Shown: positions 41,102 through 53,680 of the stretch, piece by piece
Position numbering within the stretch: the stretch's first letter is position 1
How the letters are laid out: each line of letters opens with the position of its first letter
From: Pyrinomonadaceae bacterium
GTDB lineage: Bacteria > Acidobacteriota > Blastocatellia > Pyrinomonadales > Pyrinomonadaceae
Assembly (NCBI GenBank): GCA_013696465.1
Contig: JACCYN010000379.1
Coordinates: 1 to 55,342, forward strand
Direction: 5' to 3'
DNA: 55,342 bases
The notes under the pieces: generated by a model
What the model was told of the DNA's origin: nothing
What the model saw: the letters and a program-made list of their open reading frames with translations, nothing else
Database searches by the model: none
Made by a program: the position numbers and the translations under genes

Positions 41102-41869
41102 ATGAATATCGCCACGCGCCTTCTCATCGAAATACAGGAAACAACTTTGCTCGCGGCGCGCGCCCTCAGAGGGATTTTCAAACGCCCGACGTACATCAAC
41201 GAAACAATCGCGCAGATGGACGTGATCGGCGTCGGCTCGCTGACGATCATCATGCTCACGGGTTTCTTCACGGGCGGAGTTTTAACGCTGCAAACTTATC
41301 CGACACTGAAATACTACGGCGCGCAGGATCAAACCGGCTATCTCGTCGCGCTCTCGCTCGTGCGTGAATTGGGGCCGGTGCTGTCGGCACTAATGGTGAC
41401 GGGTCGCGTCGGCTCCGCTATCTCAGCAGAACTCGGCTCGATGGTCGTTTCGCAGCAGATTGATGCGATGCGCTCGCTCGGCACCGACCCCGACCGCAAA
41501 CTCGTCATGCCGCGCGTCATCGCTCTCGTCCTCATGTTGCCGCTCTTGACGGTCGTAGCCGATGTGGTCGGCATCTGCGGCGGCTGGACGGTGGCGACGA
41601 CGCTTTACGGCATGGCTCCCGGCATGTTTTTCTCATCCGTGCGGCAAGGCATCACGGCCAACGACATTTTCGGCGGCATCATCAAGCCGCTCGTCTTCGG
41701 GTTGCTGATCGCGGCGGTCGCGTGTCGGCAGGGTTTAAAGACTGAAGGCGGCACGGTCGGTGTCGGGCGTTCGACCACCACGGCCGTCGTGACGGCTTCC
41801 ATCGTCGTCATCATCACCGACTTTTTTCTTGCCAAAGCCCTACAGGTTCTCCTAGACATGCCGACCTAA
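41102..41869 (+). CDS. mlaE: MlaE-family ABC permease
   Basis: IGVGSL, VRELGPV, GRVGSAISAELGSM, GGTVGVGRSTT. Confidence 0.93.
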   Translation: MNIATRLLIEIQETTLLAARALRGIFKRPTYINETIAQMDVIGVGSLTIIMLTGFFTGGVLTLQTYPTLKYYGAQDQTGYLVALSLVRELGPVLSALMVTGRVGSAISAELGSMVVSQQIDAMRSLGTDPDRKLVMPRVIALVLMLPLLTVVADVVGICGGWTVATTLYGMAPGMFFSSVRQGITANDIFGGIIKPLVFGLLIAAVACRQGLKTEGGTVGVGRSTTTAVVTASIVVIITDFFLAKALQVLLDMPT

Positions 41870-41888
41870 ATGCCTCTAAAATTTCATT

Positions 41889-42809
41889 ATGGCTTCTGCT
41901 GAAGTTGAAACTCCACAACCTGCGCTGCATACGAACCCCAATGGCGGCGGCATCAGCGAAGAAGCGGCCGAATCCACTTTTCAAGAGGTGGACGATTCCG
42001 ACCGCATCGTGCCCGCGATTGAATTCCGCGACGTGCACCTTGGCTTCGACGACCGCAAAGTTCTGAACGGCTTGAGCTTTAAGGTCATGAAGGGCGAGAC
42101 GAAGATCATTCTCGGCGGTTCTGGCTGCGGCAAATCCACGACGATCAAACTCGTGCTCGGACTACTTAAACCCGATAGCGGGCAGATTCTCGTTGACGGC
42201 GAAGACATCACGAATCACACGGAAGTCGAGATGATGAAGGTGCGCAAAAACATCGGCATGATCTTTCAGGAAGGTGCGCTCTTCGATTCACTTTCCGTTT
42301 ACGATAATGTCGCGTATCGCCTTCATGAACAGGGCGTTCCCGAAGCGGAAGTTGAAGAGGAAGTGCGTCGCATGTTGCGCTTCGTCAACCTCGAAGACGC
42401 TATTGATAAAATGCCGATAGAACTTTCGGGCGGTATGCGCCGTCGCGTCGGCATCGCCCGCGCCCTCGTTGGTGGCCCCGGCGTCGTCATGTTTGACGAA
42501 CCGACGGCCGGACTCGATCCGCCCACCGCACGCACCATCTGCGAACTTGCGATCAAGTTGCGCGACCTCGAAGATGCTTCCTCCATCTTCGTTACGCATG
42601 AGATGAACAACCTTGATTATCTCACGTCGGAATACGCCGTCGTTGACGACACCGGCGAGATCATCTACGAGAAGGAAGGCGAGCGCTTGTGCTTAACTAA
42701 CACCAAGATTCTGATGATGCGCGATGGTCAGGTGATCTTTAGCGGCACCGATGAAGAACTGCGGAAATCCAGCGACACATACATCAACAAGTTTATACGA
42801 GGATACTAA
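41889..42809 (+). CDS. mlaF: MlaF/Mkl-family ABC ATPase
   Basis: [40 protein letters not shown]. Confidence 0.92.
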   Translation: MASAEVETPQPALHTNPNGGGISEEAAESTFQEVDDSDRIVPAIEFRDVHLGFDDRKVLNGLSFKVMKGETKIILGGSGCGKSTTIKLVLGLLKPDSGQILVDGEDITNHTEVEMMKVRKNIGMIFQEGALFDSLSVYDNVAYRLHEQGVPEAEVEEEVRRMLRFVNLEDAIDKMPIELSGGMRRRVGIARALVGGPGVVMFDEPTAGLDPPTARTICELAIKLRDLEDASSIFVTHEMNNLDYLTSEYAVVDDTGEIIYEKEGERLCLTNTKILMMRDGQVIFSGTDEELRKSSDTYINKFIRGY

Positions 42810-42811
42810 AT

Positions 42812-42942
42812 GAAAGGAGGAAGTAGGAAAGCGGAAGGATGAAGTGAGGGCAAAGCTACGAGCTTTGACTTAAAGATAATCTAATGATCCACTCTGAAGG
42901 ACTGTCCGCACTTCCGCCTTCAGCCTTCCTACTTCCTACTTT
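42812..42942. repeat. Inverted heptamer tandem-repeat element inside the mla operon
   Basis: AAGGAGG-AAGTAGG-AAAGCGG-AAGGATG ... CTTCCGC-CTTCAGC-CTTCCTA-CTTCCTA. Confidence 0.7.
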
Positions 42943-42948
42943 GCTTAT

Positions 42949-44094
42949 ATGCCCCCAGCAAAAAAGACTGTCGGAATGAAGGAAATTCGCGTCGGGCTGT
43001 TTATCGTGATCGGCCTCGCCGTGCTGATTCTTTTGATCCTTAATGCCTCCGGCGATATTTCCCCGTTTTCAAGCAAGCTGAACTTACGCGCGAGGTTCGC
43101 CAACGCCGACGGACTCCGCTCCGGCGCAGAAGTGCGTCTGGCGGGCGTGCGCATCGGCACAGTTGACGCCGTGCGGCTTCTGCCTCCTTCCGAAGAGCCA
43201 AACGCTCCGAAGATCGAAGCGGTGCTTGCCGTTGACAGCCAGATTGACGGACGCCCCGCGACCGACCGCATCCGCACCGATTCGACCGCGCAACTCGGCT
43301 CGCCCAGCATTCTCGGCAGCGACAAATTGATTAACATTACGCCCGGCACCGCGCTCGGCAACCCAGTCGCGGCTAACAGTGAGTTGCGTACTTCGACCGG
43401 CAGCACGATTGCCGACCTCACTTCGTCCGGCAAAGATTTGACGGACCGATTAAATAGCCTGACCGAACGCTTCACCCAGATCACGCGCAAGATCAACGAA
43501 GGGCAAGGCACTTTGGGTCGTTTCGTTAACGACGAAGCTTTTTACAACAACCTCAATGCTACCGTCCGCGAATCGCAAGAAGTGATCAGATTGATCAGAA
43601 CCGGGCAGGGTTCGGCCGGACGCTTCCTCAACGACCCGACGCTCTACAACAACGTCACAGACATCAGCGAACAACTGCAAGCAGTCGCTACCGACCTCAG
43701 ACGCGGGCGCGGCACGGCCGGGAAACTCTTAACCGACGAAGCGCTCTACAACGAAACGCGCACCACCATCACGCGCCTCAACAGCTCGATTGACGAGATC
43801 AACACCATCGTCGCCGACGTGCGGGCGGGGCGCGGCACGGCCGGGAAACTCCTCACGGACGAAGCCCTTTATAACGATACCCGCGCCGCCGTCGCGCGCT
43901 TCAACACCACGACCGAACGCATTGACGCGATTGTTGCCGGAGCGCAACGCGGCGAAGGCACGGTCGGCAAACTCCTCACCGAAGAGCAGCTTTACAACAA
44001 CGTCAATCAACTTTCGGGCGAATCCGTCAAACTGCTTTACGACTTCCGGCAGAATCCGCGAAAATATCTGACGATCAAATTCGAGCTGTTCTAA
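42949..44094 (+). CDS. mlaD: MlaD/MCE protein with helical repeats
   Basis: TM, FANADGLRSGAEVRLAGVRIGTV; four GxG(T/S)xG(K/R)...YN repeats. Confidence 0.9.
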   Translation: MPPAKKTVGMKEIRVGLFIVIGLAVLILLILNASGDISPFSSKLNLRARFANADGLRSGAEVRLAGVRIGTVDAVRLLPPSEEPNAPKIEAVLAVDSQIDGRPATDRIRTDSTAQLGSPSILGSDKLINITPGTALGNPVAANSELRTSTGSTIADLTSSGKDLTDRLNSLTERFTQITRKINEGQGTLGRFVNDEAFYNNLNATVRESQEVIRLIRTGQGSAGRFLNDPTLYNNVTDISEQLQAVATDLRRGRGTAGKLLTDEALYNETRTTITRLNSSIDEINTIVADVRAGRGTAGKLLTDEALYNDTRAAVARFNTTTERIDAIVAGAQRGEGTVGKLLTEEQLYNNVNQLSGESVKLLYDFRQNPRKYLTIKFELF

Positions 44095-44112
44095 AAATAC
44101 TTTAGCGAATTC

Positions 44113-44694
44113 TTAGGACGGTCGCGTACGGTCGCGGTCTTCTTCAAGCAGTCTCGTGGTGCTCTCAGTCACGCTTGGCGGTTGCATCATCTCGGCGGTT
44201 CTCATCTGCGGGCGCAAGTAGTCAGCAATCGGTGTGCTGTGCGATGGCGGAAGTTGAGCAGCGTGCGGCGCGCTCGCTCGAAGAGAAATTTGCTCGGCGG
44301 TAGCAAAACTCGGCTCCTTAACTGTTTTCAATTTGCGCGGCGCTCCTTCCTCGTAGATTCGCGCATAAAGTATGCGCAAGATGCCGCCTAAAAAGAGGAT
44401 GATCGAAGCGAGCGGAATAAGGAGAGCCGGAAATCCGAATGGAACATCAGGCGGCTGCTCGAAAAGAATGGCAAGGATCGGCACTAAGATCGCGCCGATA
44501 AACAACATTAACACACCCTGCCGCACTCCTTCGTAGCGCGGTGAGCGTCGCGGTTTGCCTGTCTCAATCGTTTCCTGCGGAAGCGTTCCGCCGCGCGCGA
44601 TTAATTCGGCGACCCCGCCAAGCGCGAAACCGCACCGCGAACAGAATCGCACCTCATCGGAAATTTGTTGCTGTCCGCAATGTGGGCAGAACAT
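44113..44694 (-). CDS. Zinc-ribbon, 2-TM membrane protein with C-terminal SVTESTTRLL motif
   Basis: MFCPHCG...FCSRCG, two TM, PPSVTESTTRLL. Confidence 0.82.
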   Translation of the reverse strand: MFCPHCGQQQISDEVRFCSRCGFALGGVAELIARGGTLPQETIETGKPRRSPRYEGVRQGVLMLFIGAILVPILAILFEQPPDVPFGFPALLIPLASIILFLGGILRILYARIYEEGAPRKLKTVKEPSFATAEQISLRASAPHAAQLPPSHSTPIADYLRPQMRTAEMMQPPSVTESTTRLLEEDRDRTRPS

Positions 44695-44828
44695 AAACTT
44701 GGCAATCCTTCAAACGGTGCTTTTCACTTTGAAGCAGCTAGCGACCGTAAAATAGCAACGACGCGCGTCGCTTCTGTCCATACGAAGAAAGCAGCCGGAA
44801 AATTCGACCGCCCAAAGGGTAAAATCCA

Positions 44829-45371
44829 TCAGATGCGAGGCGGCGCTTGTTCGGAAAACAACTTAAAGGTTGCGAACGCTTGCCCTTGATGATGCGCGGC
44901 GCGCCATAGCGTCTCCATTAAGAGCGCGTCCAAAGTTTTCACATCGCCCGAAGGAAGGGCGACATCTTTGGCGAGCACCTCATCATTTTTAATAAGAGCA
45001 AAGCCGTTCCGCCGCGTCGCTTCCACCTCGTTTAAGTATTCGATCACGCGCTGTAGAGTCGAGAGTTCTTCAGGTAGCGTCCACTCGAAGGGGTCATCCC
45101 AGAGATTGGCGGTGATGCCACCGAAAGTTTGCTCGACGACCGCCGCGGCGCGCAAAATGTTTTCGCCACACGAAGGTAGTCCGTCGTGCCCGCCCGCAAC
45201 GCGACGTGGAAACGCATCTTCCACCGCGCGACGTGGGCGAACATAAAGATGCTCAATTGAGATTAGTGCGATTAGCTTGCAGGAGTCTTCATGAAGGCGC
45301 GCAAAGCTTTCGTCAAAGCATTGAACAATTGATCGCTCATTCGCAGATGCGCTTTGCTTTCCCGGCATCAC
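44829..45371 (-). CDS. DinB-like four-helix protein
   Basis: Helical; SCGENILR, LWDDPFEW, C-terminal AAHHQGQ. Confidence 0.6.
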   Translation of the reverse strand: MMPGKQSASANERSIVQCFDESFARLHEDSCKLIALISIEHLYVRPRRAVEDAFPRRVAGGHDGLPSCGENILRAAAVVEQTFGGITANLWDDPFEWTLPEELSTLQRVIEYLNEVEATRRNGFALIKNDEVLAKDVALPSGDVKTLDALLMETLWRAAHHQGQAFATFKLFSEQAPPRI

Positions 45372-45712
45372 CGCGTGCGCCTGTCCTGTTCTTCTAACAC
45401 CGTTCCGAAACTTCTTCCCTGAAAGCTAAACCCCGTGTAGACGCGCCCCTTCGCGCCGACGCGAGAGCCGCGCGCGGGCACGCCGCGTCGCGTGACGATC
45501 CAGAGCGTTCCCGTGCCGTCATCAATTTGGTAAGCGCCCGTGTCAAGCACGCCGTAGCTGTCCGTAACGCGCCCGGCCACCGCCACGTCTCTGTTTCGGT
45601 AGCGACCCGGATCGGCGTTGATCTTTTCGACGCTCGTCCGATTCGGGCAAGCCGTCGAAAAGATCGCTAAAGCGAGAACAAGCAGAACAAGGAATTTGCG
45701 GTTCGTAAACAT
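45368..45712 (-). CDS. Lipoprotein with OB-fold-like domain
   Basis: Lipobox STAC; INADPGRY..RDVAVAGRV, YQIDDGTG. Confidence 0.75.
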   Translation of the reverse strand: MFTNRKFLVLLVLALAIFSTACPNRTSVEKINADPGRYRNRDVAVAGRVTDSYGVLDTGAYQIDDGTGTLWIVTRRGVPARGSRVGAKGRVYTGFSFQGRSFGTVLEEQDRRTR

Positions 45713-45764
45713 AGCTTCTCCTTTATCGTTTGAAACACAATGCGGGAGAGGAGAAAACGAAGGA

Positions 45765-45845
45765 TGAAGAACGGGAGACAGGAGTCAGGAGACAGACTAA
45801 GAAGTATTTTCATTCTGACTTCTGTCTTCTGGCTCCTGACATCTT
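45765..45845. repeat. Inverted heptamer tandem-repeat element
   Basis: GGAGACA-GGAGTCA-GGAGACA ... TTCTGAC-TTCTGTC-TTCTGGC-TCCTGAC. Confidence 0.7.
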
Positions 45846-45848
45846 TCC

Positions 45849-47357
45849 TTATTTCCCGTACCAGCCCATCGGCTTATCGGAGAGATCGACCCAGACGCTT
45901 TTAATTTGCGTGTAGAGTTCGAGCGCGTGTCGGCCCATTTCGCGGCCGTAGCCGGATTGCTTGTAGCCGCCGAAGGGCGAGGCGGCGTTCATAATGTTGA
46001 AGGTATTGATCCAGATTGTTCCGGCCTTAATCTCGCGCGCGAAGCGATGCGCGCGCGTGATGTCTTTCGTCCAGATTCCGGCGGAGAGTCCGTAAATGGT
46101 TTCGTTCGCTTGCCGTATTAAATCCTCTTCATCGCTAAACGTGATCACGGATGCAACGGGGCCGAATATCTCTTCCTGCGCGACGCGCATCGTGTTGTGC
46201 ACTTCGCTGAAGATGGTCGGCTGAAAGAAAAATCCTTTTCCCAAGTTGCCTTCAAGGTTGGAGCGATTGCCGCCCGCCAAAACAGTCGCGCCTTCCTCGC
46301 GCGCGACGTCAACGTAAGCAGCGACGCGATTTAGTTGTTCCTCTGAAACTTGCGGCCCCATCAAGGTCGTCTGCTCCATCGGATCGCCGACCTTAACTTT
46401 GCTCGCGCGCTCTTTGAAGCGATCAAGGAATTCGTCCTTAATACGCTCGTGGAGGAAGACACGCGAACCGGCACAGCACACTTGCCCTTGATTGTAGAAG
46501 ATGCCCATCATCGCGCCGCTTACGGCTTGGTTGATGTCGGCGTCGGCGAAGACGATGTTCGGAGCTTTGCCGCCGAGTTCGAGCGAGACTTTCGTAAGGT
46601 TATCTGCCGCCGCGTGTGCGATTCTCTTTCCGACTTCCGTTGAGCCGGTGAAAGCAATCTTGTCAATATCCTTATGAGAAGCGAGCGCCGCTCCGGCCGT
46701 TTCGCCGTAGCCCGGCACGATGTTGACGACGCCATCGGGGAAGCCCGCCTCTTGGATTAACTTTCCTAATTCCAATGCCGTCACCGGAGTTTGCTCGGCG
46801 GGTTTTAAGACCACTGTGTTTCCGGCGGCAAGCGCGGGAGCTAATTTCCATGCCGCCATCAGCAGCGGAAAGTTCCAGGGGATGATCTGCCCGCAGACGC
46901 CCAAGGGTTCGCGCAGAGTATAGTTGAACATCTGACCGGGCACGGGGATCGTCTCGCCTTCGATCTTCGTCGTCGCGCCCGCGAAGTATTCAAAATTTTC
47001 GACGACTTGCGGCAGATCAACAAACGATGATTCGCGGATCGGTTTACCGTTGTCGGACGTCTCAAGCGCGGCGAGTTCTTTCGCGTGCGATTCGATGAGT
47101 CCCGCCAACTTGTAAAGCAATCGTCCGCGATCTCGCGCGCTGATGCGCGACCATTTGCCTTCAAACGCCCGACGCGCCGCCTTTACCGCTTTATCCACGT
47201 CGGCTTTGTCGGCTTCGGCGACTTCGGCCAACGCTTCGCCGGTCGCCGGGTTAGGCGTCGTAAAAGTTTTGCCTGATTCGGCATCCTCCCATTTGCCGTC
47301 AATGAAAAGTTGATAGCGTCTCACGGTTTCGGTCGTGGTCTGTTGCGCGCTAGACAT
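45849..47357 (-). CDS. Aldehyde dehydrogenase
   Basis: IPWNFPL, LKPAEQTP, FTGSTEVG, LELGGK, GQVCCAG, EEIFGPV, PFGGYKQSG. Confidence 0.96.
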   Translation of the reverse strand: MSSAQQTTTETVRRYQLFIDGKWEDAESGKTFTTPNPATGEALAEVAEADKADVDKAVKAARRAFEGKWSRISARDRGRLLYKLAGLIESHAKELAALETSDNGKPIRESSFVDLPQVVENFEYFAGATTKIEGETIPVPGQMFNYTLREPLGVCGQIIPWNFPLLMAAWKLAPALAAGNTVVLKPAEQTPVTALELGKLIQEAGFPDGVVNIVPGYGETAGAALASHKDIDKIAFTGSTEVGKRIAHAAADNLTKVSLELGGKAPNIVFADADINQAVSGAMMGIFYNQGQVCCAGSRVFLHERIKDEFLDRFKERASKVKVGDPMEQTTLMGPQVSEEQLNRVAAYVDVAREEGATVLAGGNRSNLEGNLGKGFFFQPTIFSEVHNTMRVAQEEIFGPVASVITFSDEEDLIRQANETIYGLSAGIWTKDITRAHRFAREIKAGTIWINTFNIMNAASPFGGYKQSGYGREMGRHALELYTQIKSVWVDLSDKPMGWYGK

Positions 47358-47501
47358 AAAAAGAAACTCCTCGAAAACGTACTTGATGTGCTCACTGGAT
47401 CGTTAAAGCTTCCATTACTTTATCACCACGCGAAAGTTTCTGTCCAAGCGCGCAGTTTTCTCGTTTTGAAATTCGCAGGATTAGATTGTAACCTTCACCG
47501 C

Positions 47502-48629
47502 GTGAACAACAACCGAACCTTCGGGCGCGCGGGCGAAGATTTCATTCCATTCTCCAACATCGCCGATGACGTGTGGCATAACGACAAAGAGATCGGGGCT
47601 TACGAATGGTGGTATTTCGACGCTGCGAGCGACGACGGGCGCGATGTGCTCGTCGTCATCTTCCTTACCAACTTCATCTTTTCGCCGCGTTACAATCAAG
47701 CAGTTTCAAACGCACAAAGCAAAGATAATTCTTCCGCTCCTCCGCAGTTTCCCGCCGTCTCCGTCTGGTGGTATAGAAATGGCAAGGTTCGATTGCGCCT
47801 CGTCAACGAATACGCTTCCGAATTGTTCGCCGCGAGCACGAGCAGTCCAGAGTGTCGCATCGGCGCGAGCGGTTTTCACCTTGAGCGACAAAATGGCGAA
47901 GTTCGTTATTGTGTGCAACTAGACGAGACGATGCGGCGCGGGCGCAAACTACAGGCGTCGCTCGAATGGTGCGTCGTCGAAGGCGATCTCGCTCCGCGTC
48001 CGCGCGAGTCACACCGCTCCGCATCACCTCCCGCGCACGAATGGAACTTGGTTGCGCCGCGCTGCCACGTAAACGGCACGCTCAACGTGCTTGATTCAAA
48101 CAGCAGCAACCGCGCACACCGATTTAGCGGCACCGGCTATCACGATCACAACCGCGACCGAAGACCGATGGCGCAGACGATTTCCGAATGGCAATGGGGA
48201 CGCGCACATTTCAGGGAGCGCACAATGATTTTCTATCGCTATGCGGGACGCGACCTTGAACGCTCAAGCGCAGCACGCCTGTTCGTTGTTCACAGAAACA
48301 AACTTGTCACTCACGACGCGCGATTCATCCACGAAGACGTGCGCCGCGATCTCTTTGGGTTGCGCTACCCGCGCGCGTTACGCATTGAGTTTCAAGATGA
48401 ATCGGGCGCGCCCGCCGTGTTGCATGTGGCTCAAAGACATTTGCTTGAAAGCAGTTTCTTTTACCTGCGCTTTTTAGGCGAAGCACGACTGGAAACATCG
48501 GGCGCGAACGGCGAACAAGCGTCAATCATTAGCGAATATCTCGCGCCGCGCGCGCTTCAGTGGCGCTGGCTGCACTGGCTCATCAACATGCGCATTGGCA
48601 GAGAAAATCGTAGCTCATTTTTGCCATAA
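47502..48629 (+). CDS. Carotenoid 1,2-hydratase (CrtC)-like protein
   Basis: YEWWYFDAASDDG, FIFSPRY, HEW...P, GYHDHN, WQWGRAH; probable GTG start at 47502. Confidence 0.7.
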   Translation: MNNNRTFGRAGEDFIPFSNIADDVWHNDKEIGAYEWWYFDAASDDGRDVLVVIFLTNFIFSPRYNQAVSNAQSKDNSSAPPQFPAVSVWWYRNGKVRLRLVNEYASELFAASTSSPECRIGASGFHLERQNGEVRYCVQLDETMRRGRKLQASLEWCVVEGDLAPRPRESHRSASPPAHEWNLVAPRCHVNGTLNVLDSNSSNRAHRFSGTGYHDHNRDRRPMAQTISEWQWGRAHFRERTMIFYRYAGRDLERSSAARLFVVHRNKLVTHDARFIHEDVRRDLFGLRYPRALRIEFQDESGAPAVLHVAQRHLLESSFFYLRFLGEARLETSGANGEQASIISEYLAPRALQWRWLHWLINMRIGRENRSSFLP

Positions 48630-48630
48630 T

Positions 48631-48690
48631 GAAGAAAAGAAAGTCAGGAGACAGAATGAAAACACTTTTTATTCTGTCTCCTTTTTCTTC
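48631..48690. repeat. Heptamer-type palindrome / bidirectional terminator
   Basis: AGGAGACAGAAT ... ATTCTGTCTCCT between convergent genes; same unit as at 45765. Confidence 0.65.
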
Positions 48691-49852
48691 ACCCTTCCGC
48701 GTTTATCGTTTCCACCTGCGGCTCTTCCATCTCTTCATCGGCGGCGTAACGCAGATCGCGGTCGCCCGTAATCTCATCCCAATCGTAGCCGAGGTAAGCG
48801 GAGAAAAGATAAAGCTTGCGCTCCCAAGATTCTCGCCGCGCGCTGTATTTCTCCCAACCCGCTCTCCGGTTGCGGCGTACCTTGATTCCAGCATCGGTCA
48901 AACGCTCCATCGTCTCATTGAAGCGTTGTCTCCAGCGGCGCGATTCCTCAAACGGCGTTTCGGCATGACTTTCTTCCGCGCTTCGTTCCAAACAAAGAGA
49001 AGCGATCAGTTGATTGAGCACGTAGTGCGCGCTCGCTTCCAAGATTCGCACCTCCGGGTGGCTGTGCGTCTCGATGTAGTCGTCCGCGTCGAGACACGAT
49101 TGAATCACGGCGCACGTTTCGAGCACGAGAAACAGCACACGCGGCAAACTCTTATGAACTTCGACGGGATGAAAATAGTGAATGACGGGGTGTTCGGCGT
49201 GCGATTCCGAAAGCCCTTGAATGTCGCGCGCGGCGTACCGCAGCGTGCTTTCTAAACCGTAGAAACGCCCGCCGACGAAATGATGCGCGATGAAGCCTGC
49301 AACGTCCGCGCCCTCTTCCGCCTGATGATAAAAAGAGAGCGCGACGGCGCGCTTGCGCTCCAACGCGCCGAAGACCGTGATCAAGTAAGTCACCGCCAGA
49401 GAGATCAGCGCGATCCCGGTCGCGGACTCCAACAGCGCGGTTAGTCGCATCCCCGTGCTACGCGGCACGATGTCTCCGTAGCCGACCGTAGTTAGGGTGA
49501 CGCTGCTGAAATAAATTGATTCGATCCACACCGGACTCACCGCCTCCCTGTCAACGCTAAATTCGACGGGCATTCGCGGCAGGTAGATGAGCGCGAAACC
49601 GATGACAAGCGCAATGATGTAGGTGGTGATCAGGAGCGGCAAAAGGAGCGGGCCGATTGTGTTCAGCAGGCGGTGGCGGCGCGGGCGCGGAAACTTAAAA
49701 GCGACGAAGCGCGCGACGCGCCAGACACCACGATTTAGTTTGTCGCTGATAGGACCGGCACGGGCGCGGGCGTGAAGAATCGTAGCGTAAACATCGTAGG
49801 CCACGATGAACAGCAAACCCGCTCCGAACAAAGTTGAAACTAACGTCAGCAT
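48689..49852 (-). CDS. Potassium channel family protein
   Basis: YFSSVTLTTVGYGDIVP selectivity filter. Confidence 0.9.
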   Translation of the reverse strand: MLTLVSTLFGAGLLFIVAYDVYATILHARARAGPISDKLNRGVWRVARFVAFKFPRPRRHRLLNTIGPLLLPLLITTYIIALVIGFALIYLPRMPVEFSVDREAVSPVWIESIYFSSVTLTTVGYGDIVPRSTGMRLTALLESATGIALISLAVTYLITVFGALERKRAVALSFYHQAEEGADVAGFIAHHFVGGRFYGLESTLRYAARDIQGLSESHAEHPVIHYFHPVEVHKSLPRVLFLVLETCAVIQSCLDADDYIETHSHPEVRILEASAHYVLNQLIASLCLERSAEESHAETPFEESRRWRQRFNETMERLTDAGIKVRRNRRAGWEKYSARRESWERKLYLFSAYLGYDWDEITGDRDLRYAADEEMEEPQVETINAEG

Positions 49853-49966
49853 CCGTCACAAGCGAAAGCACTCGCCGCAAAGGTTCACTTCCGAACGGCG
49901 AATGCTTTTCGTTACAGTCTTCACACAAGAATTAAAGTTTGCGCACCAACCCTTCCGACTTTACGC

Positions 49967-52873
<2,907 letters not shown>

Positions 52874-53005
52874 AAGATTTAAGCGAACTGGTGAGCCTCA
52901 ACTTCTTCAGCCACAAACAACGAGCGGGAAGCGATGATTGGCAGTTCAAAAGCGTCAGCGTGCAAGCGATTGATCGAAGCTAATCACTTTATTTCTGTAA
53001 GTTTT

Positions 53006-53035
53006 AGTTTACGGGGCGCACTCGCCAAACGTCAA
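53006..53035 (-). promoter_or_regulatory. Sigma70 promoter for acnA
   Basis: TTGACG-18 bp-TAAACT. Confidence 0.55.
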
Positions 53036-53220
53036 GCGACCCTTTGAAAAGACATCGCTCCGCTATGACAAGCGGAAAGAATTTGCCCGCCGCAAGTTGA
53101 TTTGCTATATTTTCCGCGCACAATAAAACGAACAAAGCGTCGAAACCTGTGTCCCGCGCGAAGCACCGAAAGCTTTTCCCGTGCGTCCGCTTGGAGTTGG
53201 TTTCAAGGAGTTATAAGCGA

Positions 53221-53619
53221 ATGCCGAAGAAGCGACCGGAGAACTTCGAATATCTGAGCAACGATCCGAACTTCGTGCCCGACCCGGAGATCGAGCAGTT
53301 TATGGAGGAAGAGATCGCGCGCGCACCAAAAGACCCCGACATGCTCGCCGACCGTCTGCGCGAAAACACGGCCGCTTCGCCCCGCGATGCGGGCGGCGAC
53401 ATTGACGCGACGTGGGAAGACGTGAACGGTAGCGGCGAGGAATCAGTCGCGGGCGACAACCCGACGCCCGATCAATCCGACACCGAAGAAAACGCGCAAG
53501 CCATCGGCGTTACTTACGAAGACAACGAAGAGTTGGAATTCATTGACAAGATTGACCGCCGCGACCGCCAGCGTTTTGAACTCGATCCGCGCTCAAAGAC
53601 AGAAGATGATTCGATCTAA
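53221..53619 (+). CDS. Acidic DUF6335-like protein
   Basis: GGDIDATW...GEESVAGDNPTPDQ...GVTYED; AAGGAG RBS before ATG53221. Confidence 0.75.
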   Translation: MPKKRPENFEYLSNDPNFVPDPEIEQFMEEEIARAPKDPDMLADRLRENTAASPRDAGGDIDATWEDVNGSGEESVAGDNPTPDQSDTEENAQAIGVTYEDNEELEFIDKIDRRDRQRFELDPRSKTEDDSI

Positions 53620-53642
53620 TTTTGTGGGTTGATTAAATTCTA

Positions 53643-53676
53643 AAGAGGGTGACTCAAATGGTCGCCCTCTTCTTTT
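53643..53676 (+). terminator. Intrinsic terminator
   Basis: AAGAGGGTGAC/GTCGCCCTCTT stem followed by CTTTT. Confidence 0.7.
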
Positions 53677-53680
53677 GTGA

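Noticed and set aside
47310..47501. Extended N-termini in the ORF track (also hemC, hemD, MFS, HD protein, recJ, DUF6335-like, PPIase)
   Set aside because: They overlap neighbouring genes or promoters; downstream starts fit the RBS, gene coupling or domain boundaries better.
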